Source: Alloascoidea hylecoeti | Lineage: Eukaryota | Length of the DNA: 64,000 nucleotides | Assembly (NCBI GenBank): GCA_001600815.1 | Contig: BCKZ01000001.1 | Location: forward strand, 2,132,662-2,196,661 | Reading direction: 5' to 3' | Shown here: positions 58,547-64,000 of the stretch, piece after piece | Numbering within the stretch: position 1 is the first letter of the stretch | Layout: each line of letters begins with the position of its first letter | Position numbers and translations under genes: made by a program | Notes under the pieces: model-generated | Database searches by the model: none | What the model was told of the DNA's origin: nothing | What the model saw: only the letters and a program-made list of their open reading frames with translations

Positions 58547-59392
58547 ATGGTATGTTTGACTATCATGATCATTATTTTTGTTTACGCACACTAACAATAG
58601 ATTATTCTATCACAATAGCCAGGAAAGAAAGTCGCTAAATCACCATTCCCAGCTACCAAAGCAGGAAAGAAGGCCTCAAAGAACCCACTTATTGAATCTA
58701 CACCAAGAAACTTTGGTATCGGTCAAGCTATTCAACCAAAAAAGAATCTTTCCAGATTTGTTAAATGGCCTGAATATGTTAGAACCCAAAGATCTAGAAA
58801 GATTTTAAGCCAACGTCTTAAGGTTCCACCAGCTATCGCTCAATTCCAACATACTTTGGACAAAAACACTGCCGCTCAATCTTTCAAGTTATTAAACAAA
58901 TACAGACCAGAGACCGCTGCTGAGAAGAAAGAGAGATTACAAAAGGAGGCTGCTGCTATTGCCGATGGTAAGAAGAAGGAGGATGTTTCTTCTAAACCAG
59001 TTGTTGTTAAATATGGTTTAAACCACGTTGTTTCATTAGTCGAGAACAAGAAGGCTGAACTTGTCCTTATTGCCAATGATGTTGATCCAATTGAACTCGT
59101 TGTTTTCTTACCAGCTTTATGCAGAAAGATGGGTGTCCCATATGCCATTGTGAAGGGAAAGGCTCGTCTCGGAACTGTGGTACACAAGAAGACTGCTGCC
59201 GTCGTTGCTTTGACAGAAGTTAAAGCTGAAGATAAATCTGCTTTAGCTAGTTTAGTCTCCACCATCAACTCCAACTTTGCTGAGAAATACGATGAATCAA
59301 GAAGACAATGGGGAGGTGGTAAATTAGGATCTAAATCATTAGCTAAGATTGAAAAGAAGAGAAAGGTCAATGAGGCTGCCATAAAGATCTAA
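58547..59392 (+). CDS. RPL8: 60S ribosomal protein eL8, 2 exons (58547-58549, 58619-59392)
   Basis: [65 protein letters not shown]. Confidence 0.95.
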
Positions 59393-59956
59393 TTGTACAA
59401 TATATTGTATATATATTATAATTATAATTCTAGTCCATCTTGCTTAATGCTTTGTCATCGATATTTCTATCTTCATTTTAATTGACTGTTTTAAACCTAC
59501 CAAACAGATTTTTCTATAGTATAACATGAATCATTCTCATTTTATTCACCTTCATTTTTCTAATTAACTTGTATTTTCATAATGCTTTACTGTTAAACTA
59601 GATTATTTGTCTCTTAAAATACATCATAGAAATAAAAATAGCTTTTTCAAGTGTATCTTTATAGTCCAGACCGAAGATCGACATCACGTGGTCAATTAGA
59701 GTAACAATGCAGTGACCCGTAAAAGGCAAGGGCGATTCCCCAAAGCAGCCAGTCAGAAGGTATATGATGCATGTGGCGCAGGAAGAGTACATGCATGTAA
59801 GCCAATCAGGCAACAGTTATGCCGCAGTGGCCTAACTGGACCCACGCGTACATTAAGCATCGGCAACTTTTTTCTTTCTCTTTTAGGACCTCCCTTTTCG
59901 CCATTTTTTTCCTTCCTTTTTCATTTATTCACGTTAAAAACAGTATCCCCACTCAA

Positions 59957-60210
59957 GTAAGTATAAAATTCTACTGTTTACAGTTTTCTGTTATTTCATG
60001 TCCTATGGCTTGTTTTGTGCCTTTTTCATGCCGGTTTGGTACCCTTCCGGTGCCTTTTCGGAAATACGATGACGGAAAGGATGGGGCGTCTCCTGAAGGG
60101 GAAAGACGAAAATAGGAGAAGGTTACACTTTTCCCGATTGGGTTTATACTCTCCATTGTCATCCATCATCCATATACAGCATCATTTCACTAACCAATAA
60201 GTATAACTAG
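59957..60210 (+). other. Predicted 5'UTR intron of MCM1
   Basis: GTAAGT at 59957, branch point CACTAAC 60188-60194, candidate acceptors AAG ending 60201 or TAG ending 60210, just before ATG 60212. Confidence 0.65.
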
Positions 60211-60211
60211 T

Positions 60212-60844
60212 ATGTCTTCTGCAGATCAAGCTTCCACCACCGACCCTCTCGTCGAGCCTCCCAAACGCGAGGCAACCACCAATTCGGTTCCAGGGGCTGA
60301 AGAAGAAGAGGAGGAGGAAGAAAACAAATCGACTCGTGAACGTCGTAAGATTGAAATCAGATTCATCCAAGATAAGTCCCGTCGTCATATCACTTTCTCT
60401 AAAAGGAAGGCTGGGATCATGAAGAAAGCCTACGAACTATCGGTGTTGACCGGCACGCAAGTTTTATTGCTCGTGGTGTCAGAAACTGGCCTCGTTTACA
60501 CTTTTAGTACCCCAAAACTACAACCTCTGATTACAAAGCCAGAGGGCAAGAATCTAATCCAAGCCTGTCTGAACGCCCCTGAAGAACCCGAAGAGTCACA
60601 TGAGGAAGAGTACAATGATCGGGATAACTCCCACCAACAGTCACCACAACCAGCCCATAATAATGGCCCGGTGCCACAACAGCAACAGGGTCCTCCAGTT
60701 CAAGGGGGGCCACAATACGGACAACCCCAACAAGGCCCAGGGGGTCCTGGAGGTTACATAAATCCAGAGCATAACGGATATCCTCCCTACTTTGGGATGC
60801 CTCCACAGCAACAAGGATACCCATATCCTCAACCCCAACAGTGA
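60212..60844 (+). CDS. MCM1: SRF-type MADS-box transcription factor Mcm1
   Basis: ERRKIEIRFIQDKSRRHITFSKRKAGIMKKAYELSVLTGTQVLLLVVSETGLVYTF, EGKNLIQACLNAP, Q/P-rich tail. Confidence 0.96.
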   Translation: MSSADQASTTDPLVEPPKREATTNSVPGAEEEEEEEENKSTRERRKIEIRFIQDKSRRHITFSKRKAGIMKKAYELSVLTGTQVLLLVVSETGLVYTFSTPKLQPLITKPEGKNLIQACLNAPEEPEESHEEEYNDRDNSHQQSPQPAHNNGPVPQQQQGPPVQGGPQYGQPQQGPGGPGGYINPEHNGYPPYFGMPPQQQGYPYPQPQQ

Positions 60845-61466
60845 TCAAGATTAATATATGATGCTTATGTTTATGTTTATGTAAAGTGTTCAAATTTGCA
60901 ATTCGTTGTCTTTTTTATTAACAGCTGAATAACCATCTCATCGTGTGTGTAAATAGTGTACTGTGCGAATATCAAGTACTGCGGTGCACGGTTTAACATC
61001 CGTACATCTATTCTGTTTTTCTTTCGCTTTTTTGTTTTTTACTTTGTTTCTCGGAATCTTCAAAACCTCCAAATCATATTCTTTTCCTGTGATAAGAAGC
61101 AATCCTCGAAGTCGGCTTTTTAGGGAGAGTTTTTTTCAGTTACAGCTTTATTCGTTTATCAATTATTTATTTGATATTGGATATTACGGTTAAAATTTGT
61201 GATTGTGATTATTTGGGAGACAGCAAACGAATTTAAAAAACATCATCATCATCAAATCATCATCATCATCATAACTCCAATTTATTTTTTTGGTCTCAAG
61301 TTTATAAGATATTTGTAATTATTACTTAGTATTTTAATCAATCTTCTCCGGTATTTCTTTTAGTATTCAAAAGTTTTATTTAAACTCTCGATTCTGAAGA
61401 TTTAGAATCCAAAAAGAGCAAGTCAACATTGGATCGTGAAATCAACTGACTTTTTTTGGAAGCACA

Positions 61467-63398
61467 ATGCCATCACAACAATCTACAGTGAACTCGGATT
61501 CTTCAGATACTTCTAATTCCCTTTTGAATGATGATGGAGATGTTGGAACTGAAAGTGAAAAGGTTAATCGAAATCTCACACAGAAAACAGAGCCACATAT
61601 AACCACAAACAAGGAATCTATAATACATAATGAAACTAAAGCTAATGACACTCCTGCCTTTAATGGTAGTGGGATTAGTGCTGAAAATGGTAATAACAAT
61701 GCCAACAACAATGCTAATGATAACAGCACATCCCAAACCCTTGAAAATGATTTCATAGAAGGGACTACAGATACACTTGGAAAGCTTGTATTGGATATTT
61801 CAATACCAGATCCAAAAATCGATTCTATAATCATAGATGATAATGAAAAGCAATTCAAAGATGATGATAAATTGATCACAAAAAATGGAACTATTAGTAA
61901 AGATTCTGTTGAAATTAATGGAAATAACAATCAGCATAAGAAAAAGAAAGGTCTAGATACTTTGGGTGATTATAATAATGACGAAAATAATCAAATTAAA
62001 GTGCAAAAGAAAATTAAAACAATTTCTACAAATATAAAAAATACACCGAGAAAACTCAAAAAGTTACATAAAGATGGTATAAAACCATCTTCTTCTCCTA
62101 AAAATAGTCATTCAAACAGTACGGATGATGAATTTCCTTCTGGTGCAATTGTTTTAGCAAAAATTAAAGGGTATCCTTCATGGCCAGCAATGATTTTACC
62201 TGAATCCTATGTTCCTAAAAACGTTTTAGCTCAGAAACCAAAAACTTCGTATAAAAAATTAAAACAAAAAACAAAAAAGAATAGACGTAAATCGAAAGTT
62301 TCTAAGTCCAATGGCTCTGATGATGATTCTGATGAAGAAACTAGAAATCGAGTCTGGCCGATTCGATTTTTGGCTGATTCTAGTTATGGATGGCCTTCTA
62401 AAAAAGAAATGAAATTTTTATCAAAAAATGATGCCGAAGAATATTTAGAAAAAAATCGATATGCTAAGGAAGATCTATTAAATGCCTATAGAGAAGTTTT
62501 AAATCCTCCTAGCCTTGATGATTTTGCACCTCAATATGAAAATAATGATGATGAAATGGAGAGTGAAAATGAATATGATGATGAAATTGAGAGTGAAGAT
62601 GAGTATGATGAACCAGAGATAAAAGAAAAGTATAATAAACAGAAGAAACATATTAAATCCGAGTATTATGAAGATGAAGAAGAAGAAGAAGAAGAAGAAA
62701 AAGTTCAAGTAAAAGGGAGAAAATCTTTGAAACAGAAATCAACAGAATCATCGAAGAGAGATAAGACAACGAATATTACTTCTTCCCCTCTAAATAAACG
62801 TAAGCTTGAGAAAGGTGATCGACAAACCGGATCTGCAAAGAAACAAAAAATAAAACCATCAACAATAACGAAGTCTGAGTCAAACAACAACAGAATAAAA
62901 GAAGAACATCATCATTCAAATTCGAGTTCAAACTCTAGTTCAAATTCTGGCTCGGATTCTCAATCATCAAACCCCAAATACAATCGAATAAAACGTCGTA
63001 TTAAGGAAGTCTGGTTCATTAGGCATAAACTACAAAAAGGTTTATTACAACCACCAACATTCCCTAATGAAGAAGAATTAGAAAAGATAAACTTAGTTTT
63101 CATTCGATTAGAAAATATTAAAGATATGGAATTTGATGTTATTAAAGACACCAAAATAAATAAAGTGTTAAAAGCAATTGTTAAGACACCAAATTTAGAA
63201 TTTAAAGAAAGTTTTAAATATCATGAAAGATCGTTAAAACTATTAAGAGCCTGGAATCCAGTAATAGTTTCCAATAACGATGGTCATCACAGAACTGCAT
63301 CAAGTTCATCTCCTGCTCCCCTTAATAATAGTACACCAACAAGACCTTTGGGGCTCTCGCGTGTCTCTCCTCCGATCATAAAGGATATTGAGGATTAA
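61467..63398 (+). CDS. PDP3: PWWP-domain chromatin protein (Pdp3-like)
   Basis: VLAKIKGYPSWPAMI PWWP motif; C-terminal RHKLQKGLL...TKINKVLKAI helical domain. Confidence 0.7.
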   Translation: MPSQQSTVNSDSSDTSNSLLNDDGDVGTESEKVNRNLTQKTEPHITTNKESIIHNETKANDTPAFNGSGISAENGNNNANNNANDNSTSQTLENDFIEGTTDTLGKLVLDISIPDPKIDSIIIDDNEKQFKDDDKLITKNGTISKDSVEINGNNNQHKKKKGLDTLGDYNNDENNQIKVQKKIKTISTNIKNTPRKLKKLHKDGIKPSSSPKNSHSNSTDDEFPSGAIVLAKIKGYPSWPAMILPESYVPKNVLAQKPKTSYKKLKQKTKKNRRKSKVSKSNGSDDDSDEETRNRVWPIRFLADSSYGWPSKKEMKFLSKNDAEEYLEKNRYAKEDLLNAYREVLNPPSLDDFAPQYENNDDEMESENEYDDEIESEDEYDEPEIKEKYNKQKKHIKSEYYEDEEEEEEEEKVQVKGRKSLKQKSTESSKRDKTTNITSSPLNKRKLEKGDRQTGSAKKQKIKPSTITKSESNNNRIKEEHHHSNSSSNSSSNSGSDSQSSNPKYNRIKRRIKEVWFIRHKLQKGLLQPPTFPNEEELEKINLVFIRLENIKDMEFDVIKDTKINKVLKAIVKTPNLEFKESFKYHERSLKLLRAWNPVIVSNNDGHHRTASSSSPAPLNNSTPTRPLGLSRVSPPIIKDIED

Positions 63399-63958
63399 AG
63401 ATATTAATGATGACATCGAAATTCCAGTGGTATATTGGAATTATACTATGATAAAAACATATTTGTTATCTTTTATGATTTGCATATAGCTATGATTGTG
63501 CTTTTGTATTGCACAAGTTTTTTCTCATTAAAATTAAATAGTTTTTTTCATATTTCAAAACTGTTTTTCTTTTTTTGTTCGCTTATTATATGCTACTTGT
63601 ACTTTATCAGCTGCATTAATCACAAACAAAAGACCGCTTATGTCGGATTTATCAATTGCAAAATGATTTTTGGTATTTCTCAAGTTTAATATATCTATTG
63701 AAGGGTATACCTTATAAAAATTGATAAGTACAATTAAATAAATAGCTAATAAATAACACACAATCAAATAAATATATAATGTAATATAGTTTAGTAATGC
63801 CTTGGGGAATAATTTAGGCTAAGAGCCTGGTAAAAGGATAGTCGGGGTAGTCCGAGAGGCTAACTTAATATATAAAAACATCCCAATCTCCCATTGCAAT
63901 TCACTTAGTAACTATATCGTTATTTTTCACAATTACAACCCATTAAATATAAAACGAC

Positions 63959-64000
63959 ATGTCTGATTTTGAAAAGAAGGAAATCAACAAATTTAACGAA
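63959..64000 (+). CDS. Start of a 3'-truncated ORF (MSDFEKKEINKFNE...)
   Basis: ATGTCT after an A-rich leader, TATATAAA ~85 nt upstream; frame open to the window end. Confidence 0.5.
   Translation, partial: MSDFEKKEINKFNE

Noticed and set aside
1..64000. CRISPR arrays, tRNA, rRNA or prokaryotic systems
   Set aside because: None seen; the window is spliceosomal eukaryotic DNA with no repeat-spacer array or cloverleaf recognised.

Overview
Eukaryotic, AT-rich, gene-dense DNA from a budding yeast (Saccharomycotina-like). CTG sits at conserved Leu positions, so the standard code is likely. About 21 short spliceosomal introns were reconstructed by hand and repair many fragmented ORFs in the supplied track. 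Gene order: truncated Ser/Thr-rich GPI adhesin with a Flo11-like module; snR30/U17 snoRNA (minus); BMT6; RPL22; MIL1; FRS1; SEC4; EMA19-like; RIM15; IRC22-like; a 108-aa orphan membrane protein; NAS2; LEU4; a Zn2Cys6 factor; a gene-poor island (27.7-37.1 kb); glutaredoxin; MDV1/CAF4; DID2; a 2xRRM protein; VPS13; a Med3-like gene; RRN6; RPL8; MCM1; PDP3-like; and a truncated ORF start. The island holds only a GH28 polygalacturonase, a probable decayed Ty3/gypsy relic, two inverted repeats and TpA-rich sequence, and is the best place to look for something new (accessory pectinase module, centromere-like region or RIP-like decay, all unproven). Other highlights are a 9-nt VPS13 microexon, a hairpin in RPL22 intron 1, an MCM1 5'UTR intron with an Mcm1-type site, and a stop-free 3n intron. 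All identifications come from recalled family motifs; no database search was run.
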